A stretch of 64,000 nucleotides of DNA. Source: Azolla caroliniana. Lineage: Eukaryota > Plantae > Polypodiophyta. The notes beneath the pieces were generated by a model. That model searched no databases. It saw nothing but the letters and a program-made list of their open reading frames with translations, and was not told the DNA's origin. Shown piece after piece: positions 13,674-25,525 of the stretch (positions are counted from its first letter, which is position 1; each line of letters starts with the position of its first letter). The stretch is from contig JBHGNT010000010.1 of the NCBI GenBank assembly GCA_043228905.1, positions 6,014,001 through 6,078,000 on the forward strand. The letters run 5' to 3'. Both the position numbers and the translations under genes were made by a program.

Positions 13674-13804
13674 ATATATATATATATATATATATACATA
13701 CACACACACACACATATGTATTTCTTCCTCTTCATGGACTTGGTTTTCTCGAGCTTTTTACATATGGTGTGAATGGCCCCTTACTTAGGAGGTATTATTA
13801 ACAC

Positions 13805-13839
<35 letters not shown>

Positions 13840-13872
13840 CATATACACACACACACACACACATATGACACC

Positions 13873-13930
<58 letters not shown>
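13674..13930. repeat. Compound microsatellites (TA)n/(CA)n/(CT)n
   Basis: Directly visible dinucleotide runs. Confidence 0.95.
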
Positions 13931-13932
<2 letters not shown>

Positions 13933-13951
13933 GTTCATAGACCTCTGTTTC

Positions 13952-13959
13952 TAGGGTTT
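13952..13959 (-). promoter_or_regulatory. Telo-box (AAACCCTA) upstream of the snoRNA cluster
   Basis: TAGGGTTT just downstream of the CT tract and ~250 bp before the first snoRNA. Telo-boxes are known in promoters of plant snoRNA and ribosome-biogenesis genes. Confidence 0.4.
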
Positions 13960-14203
13960 CCTCTGCTGCCATACCTCTTACCCCACAGTCACACCCATGA
14001 CGCCCTGCCACGCTCGAAAGGGCGCAGTTATGCCTCTGACACTCTGGTTTCCTCCTTCCTTCAATTCCTCTGACACTCTCGTCATGATTGTGGACCTTGA
14101 GAGATCTGGGTTTTGGTTTCTGCTTCGTTGCAGTGGAATTGAAATGGGTTCCTCTGAATCTTGACTCCATGTCTCGGAAATGTGGCTTCCTCTGAATTTT
14201 TGC

Positions 14204-14303
14204 GCCTGTGATGAAGAAAATGTAAGGGTTGATGTCTTATCACATTCGTGATGACAAAAGATTTCCTGTTTTTACAAGCTAATACTAATCTTCTCTCTGA
14301 GGC
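14204..14303 (+). ncRNA. Box C/D snoRNA guiding U6 snRNA Am47 (mgU6-47/SNORD7-like)
   Basis: C box GTGATGA 14208-14214, D' TTGA 14229-14232, C' GTGATGA 14248-14254, D box CTGA 14297-14300, GCC/GGC terminal stem. Guide CTAATCTTCTCT (14285-14296) is the exact complement of U6 AGAGAAGAUUAG, and D+5 maps to A47 (human numbering). Confidence 0.85.
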
Positions 14304-14409
14304 CTGCATCTGAGGATCATGCCAGATATATATATAGAAGTTTAGGTTATAGGCGTTTTCTGCAAAGCAATTTATGTAGTTTTTCAAAGTTTATGTGTGT
14401 TCATATCTA

Positions 14410-14507
14410 GTGATGGCCTATGATGATGATACAGTGAATCTCTCCCAATTGTAGACACAATATGCGGATGTGAAACTTATTAATGAACTTCTCACTGAGG
14501 CCATCAC
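14410..14507 (+). ncRNA. Box C/D snoRNA guiding 18S rRNA 3'-region Am (~1754; snoR23-like)
   Basis: Perfect 9-bp terminal stem GTGATGGCC/GGCCATCAC, C box ATGATGA 14420-14426, D box CTGA 14495-14498. Guide TTAATGAACTTCTCA (14480-14494) is complementary to 18S UGAGAAGUUCAUUAA (sequence recalled for non-seed plants). Confidence 0.85.
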
Positions 14508-16213
14508 AGCTGGATGATGAAATGATGCAGTTAATAATTGGAATTAATCTATAAAGAACACTGAACACAGTTTGATCTATGAGTATCTGGCTTCATGGTT
14601 TTTAGGGTTTAAAGCCACATCTGATAGGTAGTGATGCGGTTCACTACTGTTTCAGTGAGGTTCTCCCTTGGGATGGACTCTGATAATGTGCATAAGAATG
14701 AGGGAGATCTGTGGCAGGAAGATCTCAGAATAGGATGATATTTCTTTGGACCGCCATAGACAGAAGATAATGATTTAGCGTTAGAGTGTAGATGCTCATC
14801 TAAGACATCGAGATAGCAATGGAAAGCAAGCATATTTTCAAAAGCAGGCAATTCATAATGTCATAGGCTCACCTTGCGACATGGCCATCCATGGCCATAC
14901 CTTCCCTTAAACCCTAAACCCTAAGAATATATAAAGATTTTTCTCTTTTAGTGAAAGGCCAAAAAAAAAAAAAAGAGCATTGAACCCATCTCATAAGACG
15001 TTCACAATGTGCAAAACCTTGAAACCCTGCAATGCAATCCAATTCTCTTTGTTTCACCATTATATATAGCCTTGTATAATTGATTGCAATCCTTTTTTGT
15101 GAGCAGAAAAACACTTGTACTGTATGAAACACTCTTCCAAGCAATGCACAAGATCAAAAAAACTATTTCACACCTAATTGAATATGCATAAACTGGCTTG
15201 CAATCCCTTAGTGAGCAAAAAGATTGTACCAGGCTTGGAGTGGTTCGTCAGAATATGCATAATAAACTAGCTTGCAATCCCTCTGTGAGCAGAAAATTTC
15301 TTAAGAACATGCATAATCTGAGATGTAATGTGGGAAATTACTGTATGAAACACCCTTCCAAGCATTGCACAAGATCACTGAACACAGCTCAAACTATGCT
15401 ACACCTCATTGAAACTCTTCTTAACTAAGCAATCCATGTAGGTTATGCCGTGCCATTGATGACATGGATAGTAGTAGCATTACCTTGCCTTCACATACAC
15501 CCTTTGATTTTCATACTGTCTATGAAGATGAAACCCTTGGAATAATCCAATGAGCTGTCATTGCTGATAGACAAGTTTATGCCCTTTTTCATTCACAATA
15601 GACTCCGGAAATGTCAAAAGAAAAAACCTCAAAGCAAGATTTGGTATGAACAAACAGCAGGAGTACTCCCTGAATCATCATCTTCCATAGATACATTCGG
15701 AAAGGAATCAGGCCGAAGCGAAGACTCTGCCTGAAAGCTTTTCCGAGAAGAACCCCCCTTCCCAAGAACTCGATCGAGATATATGGTTTCCGCGAGTCGG
15801 GCATGAATTGGGAATTGGGCGCAAAAACCAGCGGGAGAAAATGATTGCGATGCTCTGATGTGTTCCGAACAGAGAGCAGAGAGAAAAACCAAGGCAATGT
15901 CTACAGGACTTCTTTTTTGGCTCAGAAACCCATCATCCTCTGATAATCCCCTGCTTCTTGTTGCTTCTCAGATCTAAGTAGTACCCACAGCCCAAGTCAT
16001 GCTGGAACGACTGAGATCTTGCCACGTGTAGAACACACAGGGTGGAAAAAGTAAAGATCTTTCCCCTGCTCCTCCCTCTGTGTATTCTTTTGGGAGTTTT
16101 GTTCCTGTTTTCCCCGTGTTCTCCTTTCTTCTTTCTTTCCTGCTCCTCTGTCTCCCCTCTTTGTGTCCACATCCCGAAACCCTAATCCATTTCTCTCGTT
16201 TTTCATCCGGCTT

Positions 16214-19200
16214 ATGGCGACCACGGGCACAACCAACATGCAGGCTAAACTGGTAATTTTCCAACCTGGACCTGGTTTTTTTTTTTGCCTGATCTGCTCT
16301 ATGTTTTTCTTCAATTCCATTTCCCTTTCTGTTCAACCTTCAAATTTAGGGCTTATTCTCCCGTTCCGTCTGAAATTTTAGGGTTGTTCTCCCCATCCAT
16401 TCTTTTGACGTTTCGGATTTTATTTTCCCTCTTCGTTCTGAAATTTGTAGAGTTCTTTTATTTTCTCTATTTTGAAATACAGCTCTCCTGTTCCTTTAGT
16501 TTCTTTCCATAGTCATGTCTGCCGCCTCTTAATTTTGAAGGTAAGGGTTTTATTTCTGATCTTCTTTCACCTTGCATTTAGTCTTTTGATTAACTGATCC
16601 GCTAGGGTTAATTTCCATGGCTTATCTGCTTCTCTTCGTCTATTTCTTTCCATTTCCTTTCAATTTCCATTCACTTATTTTAAATTTTGCTCAATTCCCT
16701 CAACATTTTAAATTTTAGTTTTCTTTCTATTTCTCATTTTTAGGATTTTCTTTTACCTCTATACAGGTTCTTTTAGGTGATATGGGAGCTGGAAAATCCA
16801 GCCTTGTGCTACGTTTTGTCAAAGGTCAATTCCATGACTATCAGGTACGAGAATTAACATAGTAGTCTCTTTTGCTTGCCTGTACATATTGTGCGTGTGT
16901 GTGATTACATACTTAGCCTCGCTTTTGTGGGCACTCAGATATAGAGGCACCAACAATCAATATATATCACTGTATATAAATGGGCCCTAGATAAATGGAA
17001 AATGTTATCTATCCCTTCACTTCAGTGTATATGCCATTTATGTGCATGTATGTCTTGCAAAATTAGTTCCTTTCAGTATCTATAATTTATGTGTGGCACG
17101 CATATAAAAAAAATTTAATGTAAATGTGTGTTGTACATATACATGTGTGTGATGTATTGATACATAAATATTGAAGTTTTTGAACTCGAATCCATTTGGT
17201 TTGTGGCTGTGGACAGGAGTCGACAATTGGGGCAGCGTTTTTCTCACAGACACTTGCTGTGAATGATGCCACTGTGAAATTTGAGATCTGGGACACGGCT
17301 GGACAGGAAAGGTACCATAGCTTGGCACCGATGTACTACCGAGGAGCTGCTGCAGCAATCATTGTGTATGATATTACAAATAGCGTATGTTTTTTTTCAA
17401 CAACTGTTCTAAATTTTTAAGCTGAGCTTTTTGTTAATAGAATGGTGTTTCTCCTTCAGAGAAGAGAAATAAGAGTGCATCATAAAAGATGAGGAACTAT
17501 GACTTGCAAGGGAAAGAGAAATTTATAATGAGAAAAACCATAACGCATATGTGTGAGAATGAAACAAAGAAGGATATATTAACTCCTTTTAAGAGGCCGA
17601 AATGGCCTCTAAGACCAAACAAGAGATTACATCTTAAAATTTTGTCTCATCTTTGAGAACAGAAAACTAAAATAAATGTAACTAATTAAAAAGTAAATAA
17701 AAATAGAATTAAGTCGTGACTAAAGAATCTCTTCATCTATACACGTAAGGTTCTCAAGTCAGATATATATCGTGTTTTTTGTCTTCAAAAGATCTCTAGC
17801 ATAGGTTAATCCAGAATGGAGAGGTCTTCGAAGCAAGGGAAGCACCTGTGATGGCGGGAGATAATGATCTGTATTTGTCGATGACAGGTTGATGGGATTG
17901 TGGTTCATGAGGCTGGGGCATACACTCATGAACAACTGCTATTTCCCAACCTATTGTAATCCCTTTGCAATGTGCTAGTTGGGAGCCTGTTTCTATAGCC
18001 ATTAATTGACTTGTAGCATGAGTAGGAGTGATGGGGCTAAAAAATGCTATGGCCGTTCTTTGTTGATGAGCTTGTGTAGCTGTATTATTGTTGTCCTTCA
18101 ATAACTTGTCCCTGTGTCTGTTCAGCTCTAGCAAGAAAAGCCCCGAGCAAGGTTGGTCCTCATTTTCCATTACCTTGCTAGTGGGCCAAAGCCTTGGTTA
18201 AAGAGGCATGGGCATCTCCCTCTTATTTCCATTACCTTGCTAGTTGCCAGATTCCACTCCTTAATGATACGATTGGCAATTTCTTTCTTATAGTGGTATT
18301 TGTGCATATCTGCCTACCTCAATCTCTAAGTTGATGTATGTCCATATAAGAGGGCCCGATGACGAATCCAACCTCTGATGTGTGCAAAAAGTGTCTTATA
18401 GTGGCCCATCTTCCTACCAAGAGATGTTATGGGGCTGATGGTCGTGTTAAGATGGGGACAATGCAAACTATATTGGAGTGGGAACAATGCATATTATGTT
18501 TATGCCATGTGAGTAAAACCATTGCTGTTTTTCAGCATACCAGCGATGAATATCTCCATGTTCAGCAAGTTGTTTTGATGACATGAATGCCAACCTTGAG
18601 TACCTTTGTTTAGGGAATCCCAAAGCCGTCGGACACTACTCACGGATTATTGGGGCTGCTCCCATCTCTGCCCAGATTATGCCAAGATTATATCATGGGG
18701 CACCGATGCTTTGCTTCTAATCATGTGGGCAATAATTGAGACTAAAGGTCTCTAAAAATCCTTCCAGTTATTTAGCTTTTTAACACGTGGTCCCGACTCC
18801 CCAGTTTCGACTCCATAGAGTAGAGTTGGTGTGACAAATGTATTGAATAGCCACAATTTAGTTCGTGGTTTTTGTATCTCAAAAGAACCAAGGCTACATA
18901 TCCTCGAGAAGTCGAGCACAACAAGCTTTCCGTAAGGAGAACCAAGGTGCAGTGAATGTTACTTCTAGGTACGTGTAGGATAGGATCATGTTTGTGATAC
19001 CCTTTCAATCTCCCAAGAAGAATTCTGGTTCTGATATTGTTAGCCATGTTTGCGTGGTGTTAAACACCATCACTTTAGTTTTATCCATGTTAACCGAAAG
19101 GTCTTTGTCCGCACAAAATATTTTTAAGGCATTTTGATGTCTTTGTAGTCCTTCCGGAAGTTGGAGATCAGCACAATATCATCAGCATATAGCAATATTT

Positions 19201-22200
19201 GTATGGCTATACCTGCTAGGCATGCTTCCAAACTGCCAAATCTTTCTATGTAATGTGACACCTCATCTATTAAGAGGTTGAGGAGAGTGGGTGATAGTGG
19301 CCATCCTTGTTTAATTCCAATTATGCTAGTTCACAGCATCCGACAACCCATTGGGAGACTGCACCGTTCCTGACATGGATTTATGTATGATACAGTGCCT
19401 AGATTCCCCATTGCATATCTATAGGGAGTCCCAAGGCCTTCTAGCTGTTGCATTAGCCAAGCGGGTGGTACAGTGTTGACTTTTCAGAAGTTCAGAAAGC
19501 AGCAATAAACCCTCTTTCTGGCCTCTGCACTCCTCAATAAGGGCTCGGAGGGTCAATATGTGATCCAAAGTTGTGAACCTGTTCCGAAAGTCTGCCTGTC
19601 CAGCTGAATGGCAGCCATTTCTCTCTGCTCATAAATTCAATTCTGACTCTAGGATGGAGCCTTATAATTTGCCAAGTAAAGGTGTGTGCTAGAAAAGGAA
19701 GCAAGATGTCACAGGCATAGATAAAGTGCTCACCCACCAATCCATCATGATCTTGGGCCATCCCAAACTGTAACCCATCAATGGAATTTGTTACATTTTG
19801 TGGAGTAAAAAAGCTGGATTCATGTGGATGTGACCCATGTGGGTGGGAGAGGGGGGCCTGCCCAGGGATATCATATAGTACTTTGCATATTCATGCCACA
19901 GCTGAGGTGAGGTCAGCTGTGTAATAGATTGCCTCTCATTAAACATTTTTCATGCTCTTGTACTGTCTTGTCCTAGGAACAAGTGATACACATGACCTTC
20001 AAATTTAGCTAAATATGATCTCTTCTTCTTACTCATGAGACATTGAAAAGTTGATCTTGCTTGTTTGTATATAAATCCCCCGAGTTACTTCACGTTGCAA
20101 GCATCTTCTTGTAGCATGACATTCCTCAACATACCAACTATTTTGTACGAGTCTTGACCAGGTTTGGGCTCATTGCCTATTATGTGGAGAAGCGTGTTTG
20201 TGGCTCCTTTATTCAATGACTTGGTCAATCCTTGTGCAACTTCATCTAGCTGTGAAAGGATCCAATTTTAGAATGCTATTATATACCCCACAATTATACA
20301 GATTAACTGTCTCCAGAGTTAGTTGGTATTTAGCTAGCTCAATATCTCTTTTAGTATAGACATCCCTTGTGCATCCACCCTTCATCTCAACGCTTAGATA
20401 TGCATGATCTGCTGCCAAATCAATAGGTCTAGCAGAGATAGTGTATTCTGTTATTTCGGGATAAGAGACCTGCTTGCACCTACTTTTGGGTTCCTACATG
20501 TCAAAGCATCTGATCTGGTTCATTCTTACAAACCGTTATATATCCCATGTGCACTTTCCAAGGTGAGAAAATGTTTGCCATATTCTGTTACTCCACTCAT
20601 ATCTTGAGCTTGCTGCTTTAGACCAACTTCTTCTGCCATAACTTCTCTGTGCATAGCCTTACTGGTATCAAACATAGTTGTTTGTTCATCATTGTTCAGG
20701 CATTGATGTTTTCTATTAGTACTATTTTCCCCATAGCAGAAAATCTTATGATATCATCATATAATTGTAGATATGGTGATTCTCCGAGAGATGCAAGCCT
20801 TGAATATAACAAATTGCAATGTATAGTTCCTTAAGGTTCCCTCTCTTGATTCGTATCCATAGGTACAACATGCACTCTATCGGGGAGCTGTTTTTTGTAC
20901 AACACAGCCACTCCTCCAGAGCCGTAGTGCTTCCTGATATGTGGTTGGGGACATGTAAGGTAGCGTAATCATATAAAAGGGGTCAAAAGTGTTAAGGACT
21001 TTGGGATTTGAAACGGTGAGAGATGATCAATAGGAGTACTGAAGGAGGAAAAGCGGAGCATCCTTAGTGTGGAAAATTTTGGCATTATTTGCTACTTCCA
21101 TTGTGAATGTTATCATCTTGTTGATCCCATCTTTCCGTATTGAGGCAACCAATGGGCGTGAATGAGTAGGTGCAAGGTATTGCACAAGTGCATCAAACAT
21201 CAAGTAGGTTGAACATTGTGTGCAGATAAAGCAGTCACAACCCATGAGCAGCTAACACATTATTCCTGACGACATGTTCGTCTATCTCTGGTACATTGAG
21301 GCAACCAAGATCCCATGTTTTCTTTTTCTACGCAATATTCAGCCTGCCCCTGGTTTTATTTTGAATGTGTGTGAACATGTGTGGATCAGTGTGATGGCAC
21401 AGCTATCTCTCTTATGCAGACCTGATGTAAGCTTGGGCACCAGCAAGCCACCCTCACAATTTTCCCAACATTGACTGTTAATGCAGCCTGCTCCCTCCTA
21501 TAGTACTCAAACTTATATCTATGTTTGGCAGTCCTCCATTTCTGGTTGATGGCTTTCAATGTGGTGGAATAAAATGTTTATATATTCTCGTGTATCTTTG
21601 TTTTCTTCAAGGAGATGTTTGGATCTCCTCCATTCTTGGTTGATGGCTTCCAATGTGGCCCAATGAAATATGAATACATGCTCTCATGGTGTGTGGAGTA
21701 TAGTGTACAAGGCAGAGAATCATGGATAGCAAGTTTTTTTCCTTCTCACAAGGGGCTTTATTTTCATTGCCATTTGAGGAAGCTAGACAATGAGTCATTT
21801 GTTAGCTATAGTTTCAAGTGCAAGCACGGTACATTATTTTAGGCAAATAACTTCACATACTTGTGCTCTCTACCATACTCAAGAAGGACGTGATTAGGCG
21901 AGGGTAAACTGCGACTGATTATGCATGTTGCAAGCACAAACTCATAATATTTACAAGAGGAATTATTGCAACCATTTCACCCATCCATTTTCCTAGCAAA
22001 AGTTTGTTTTTTGAATTATGTCTGGGTCAAAAGGTATTTTCTCCAAACTATTGGATACAAAAAGTTAACATGATTTATGAATAAGGAAACTTATACCTAT
22101 GCGAGCGTTTTTTGGTTGGGTAGGTGCATTGAGAGGTAGACATTATTGAAAGGTGTTTTTATCTGTAGATCTTTCCACTCTTAAGAAAATGGTTTTTCTT

Positions 22201-23128
22201 GGAGAGAGAGAAGGATTGCAATTTATCCAAGCATAATATGCTGACACATGTTTTCAACTTGCTGTGTGGAATGACCCACTAATTGCCTTAAGCGACTTGT
22301 GCAGGACTCATTTACCCGAGCAAAGAAATGGGTACAAGAGCTTCAGCGACAAGGTATTTTCCATTGACTTAATTTATAATCAATGAACATCAAGCTTGTT
22401 CTGCTATGTATAACTGTTTTTGTTGTCAGAACTGAGAACATATGAATGATGAAAAATGTAGTTCTAGTTTATATCATAAATTGAAAATTAGTAGTTGTAA
22501 CAAATTACAATGTCAAAAGATTGTGATTGTAATTACATAATTAGACAAACCAGAGCTGCATAAATTTACTTAAACTTAGATCATATAAAGTGCACATCTT
22601 GCATTTTATTTTAGCTAAAAGTAAAACCCATTCGTCTCTTCTGCACCCAATAAAGGAAATGCAAACCTTGTGATGGCATTAGCGGGAAATAAGTCGGATT
22701 TGGCCTCAAAACGGAAAGTAGAAGCAGAGGTAATACCTTCTTTAGGTTCTTTTTTTCTTTTGACGAATTTTCATGTTTTGATCAATATATTCTAACATAA
22801 AATTATGATTCTTTATGTTTAGGAAGCACATAAATATGCCGAAGAGAATGGATTATTCTTCATGGAGACTTCAGCTAAAAGTGCACACAATGTGAATGAA
22901 CTATTCTATGAAATTGGTGTGTAAAAACCATACACGTTTGCTGCTATATATGTTTTGGAATTCTATGCATGATGGCAATAGGTGCGTGTTATAATTGTTT
23001 CTTGTAATATCATTGATTCTGTCTATGCAGCAAGGAAGTTGCCCAAGGCTCAACCTGTTCAATCTGCAAGCGGGATGCTCTTAGGTGACAGAGGAACTCA
23101 AAGAGCTTCGAGTTCTTGTTGCTCATAA
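16214..23128 (+). CDS. RABF2: Rab5-family small GTPase RabF2 (RHA1/ARA7 type), 199 aa, 7 exons
   Basis: join(16214-16252,16767-16844,17217-17384,22305-22353,22656-22729,22823-22916,23031-23128). All introns GT-AG with consistent phases. Motifs [33 protein letters not shown] and a C-terminal CCS prenylation site. Confidence 0.95.
17560..20935 (-). mobile_element. Near full-length degenerate RTE-X-like LINE (family B) in RabF2 intron 3
   Basis: Minus-strand ILLYADDI (~19175-19198), GIKQG (~19300-19320) and EN-like GSGGV (~20910-20925). 3' hairpin tail at 17565-17610 is shared with the 49262 and 53105 copies. ORF 17796..18170 is homologous to 49642..49983. Confidence 0.8.
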
Positions 23129-24120
23129 AAATATGAAATCATTTGAAAGTGATAGTGGTATAGATGTATATGCTCTGCTTACATCTCCATTTGTAATTAT
23201 TAGTTTATGAACCATCAGTCAGTCATCTACCTCTGGATACCAACTTATACGTGAACAAAAATTCTTTGCTAAAATCACCTTCTCGAGAAGGGAGAGGGTG
23301 TTTTCTTTGTTTGATTGATGAAATTGCTTGCATCTTGCCCCAAGTTGCCGAAAAGAAGCAAAACCCCGCTATAAAGTAGTTATTTTATGAAGAATAAACA
23401 AAGCCATTGAATTGTATGAAGATCTTGATTATGTAAAGACAAATTATGAAATTGAAGAAATCCCATGAGTACATGTCTTTATTTATCACCTCAAGATGCA
23501 GCATGGTACGTGTGCTAACTCTTTAAATGACATTCTTTATAAAAGCTATGTTTCCTTTTTCTTTTGTAATCAACCTTGTTGCATGGAATCCTTACATTTG
23601 CTTGTGTGCTTTGGCGAGCCCAATTTTAAGAGTTTTTGTGTTCTCTTTTCATTTTGCAATATGCTCAGGTGAGCCGTTTTATTATTAGCTATTTCTATCA
23701 TTGCTCTTGAATCTGCAATTAATACTTGGGAGGGTGTACATTGGATTAAATGTCTGTTTTTTACTTCTAAATTTATAGATCCAGGACATTTATTTCTGTT
23801 GTGTGAGACATTTCCTGTTTCTACAACTTGATTTGGAATCAAACATTCAGTGGAGAACCTACTTGATTGGGTTAAATTAAGATTAACTTAAGAATTGTTC
23901 TCATATGTAGGGTCTTATCTCCTAAACCCTGTTTGATAAGGTTAAATTAAAAATCATTCTCATAAGTAGGGCCTCATCTGCTAAGCCATGCAACCCTTAT
24001 TAACAAGCCATCTTCCTTAGCTCAAGTCCCTAATGGTTATGCTCAACACTTCACATGCACTCAGGAATTCTTGGGACATCTGACCTTATCTATCTCATTG
24101 GGTTCACTAGAGCTAGCACA

Positions 24121-24295
24121 TATTGTTCTTGATGAAATCTGTATAGCTATTTGTCACGTCATACAACTTGGATAACTGCCTCATGGAGGGTGATTGGCTC
24201 AAGTATATTGTTCGTGATGAAATTTGTATAGTTACTTGTCACATCATACAACTTGGATAATTTCCTCATGGAGGGTGACTGGCTCAAGTATATTG
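24121..24295. repeat. 85-bp tandem duplication
   Basis: Units 24121-24205 and 24206-24290 (tattgttc(t/g)tgatgaaat...tggctcaagta). Confidence 0.9.
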
Positions 24296-24974
24296 AGCTC
24301 TTGGATACATTGTTTTGGAGCCCACAATAGAACTAGTTGAGAATTTGTTGTTATCCCCATTCACATCATTGGACAAAGTTGTGAATGTAAATATTGTCCC
24401 TGATCTTTGCAGTAGGGTGTAAAGTTTGTTCACTAGGGATTACATATTTGTTGCAATCATCAAAGGTTGCTTCGAAATCAACGAGAACAGCTAAAAATCT
24501 TCCGAAAAGGACAATTTTTTCATCAATGGCATGAAGCATGCTTGCATTGAGCCAACCATGAGTGAGCCAACAAGTACAACCAGCCTAAATTTGTTAAGAG
24601 TATCTCCCCAATTGCAAAGAAAATGAGTAGAAATCCCCATATTGGGGCTCAGTTGCCACCAAATTTGTTGAAGATGTTGATCTCAAGCTCTAGAGGTTCC
24701 CCAAATCTAGAAGTTGATGTCATAGATATGTTTTTCAAAGCTCATGTAGGGACTCCTTTAGAACGCTATCCATAGTTGACGTTGCCAAAGGACTGCCATA
24801 ATTTGGTCGAGCTCAATGGCTAAGTTTGATGTGATGATGGTAGGACAAGAAGAAAGAGAAAATGTATTAGAAGAAGATGATGATGAAACTTCCACAAAAC
24901 AAGATTTGGGGACAATACAAAAAGCTTGCATTGAATGATGTGTTTTGATCTTCTTGAAATTAACTCTACTGAAG

Positions 24975-25525
24975 ACCCCCTTTTATATAATCAAGAAGCC
25001 ATGCATGAATCATTGTGCAACCTGAGAGACTTACATGTGACAACCCACAAATACACCCTCTCTCAACCTTATAATAACACTTACTCTCTAATTCTTTCAT
25101 TAGTTAGATTTCTCATTTAGGTCATGACACCAGGAGCCTTTGGTGTTTGGACTATCCCCTTCATTATGGCATCCTAAGATATTGTTGAGACTTTGTTGGT
25201 GTGAGGCAAAGGTTTTGATGAGATGTAGTTGGGATTGGGGAATATTCAATTACATGTGGCAATCTTCTTGATAATAAACTATGGTGAATATCCCCCTTTT
25301 ATACAAATCAATAAGCCATGAATGAATAAACCTCCAACCTTAGAGACTTACACATGGCAAGCATAAATACACCCTCTCAGCTTTACAATAACATATCCTC
25401 TCTAACATTTTACACTAGTTAGATGTCGCATTCAAGTCGTGACATTGGGAGCCTTTGGGTTTGGGCTACCCCCTTCATTAGGGAATAATGTGGAAACGAC
25501 ATTAAGACTTTGTTACCGAGGCAAA
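24975..25525 (+). repeat. Diverged ~315-bp direct repeat, LTR-like
   Basis: Blocks aagccatg, agagacttaca, aaatacaccctctc, tagttagat and gagcctttgg recur at 24975-25210 and 25290-25525. Confidence 0.65.

Noticed and set aside
13781-14387. Minus-strand ORFs 13781..14170 and 14082..14387
   Set aside because: Microsatellite-derived (RERERE, VCVCV) and antisense to the snoRNA locus; no domain.
14905-14925. CCCTAAACCCTAA considered as a telomerase RNA template
   Set aside because: No USE (TCCCACATCG)/TATA Pol III promoter seen; such telo-box repeats are common across the window.
15920-16025. Minus-strand CTGA/GATGATG/CTGA arrangement considered as C/D snoRNA, U3 or TPP riboswitch
   Set aside because: No proper 5' C box, no U3 box A, no TPP aptamer core.
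15589-16336. Several overlapping minus-strand ORFs near the RabF2 promoter
   Set aside because: No recognisable homology; they reflect low-complexity pyrimidine-rich UTR/promoter sequence.
24050-24900. Possible decayed Gypsy integrase remnant
   Set aside because: Only weak fragments, no catalytic motif recognisable by eye.
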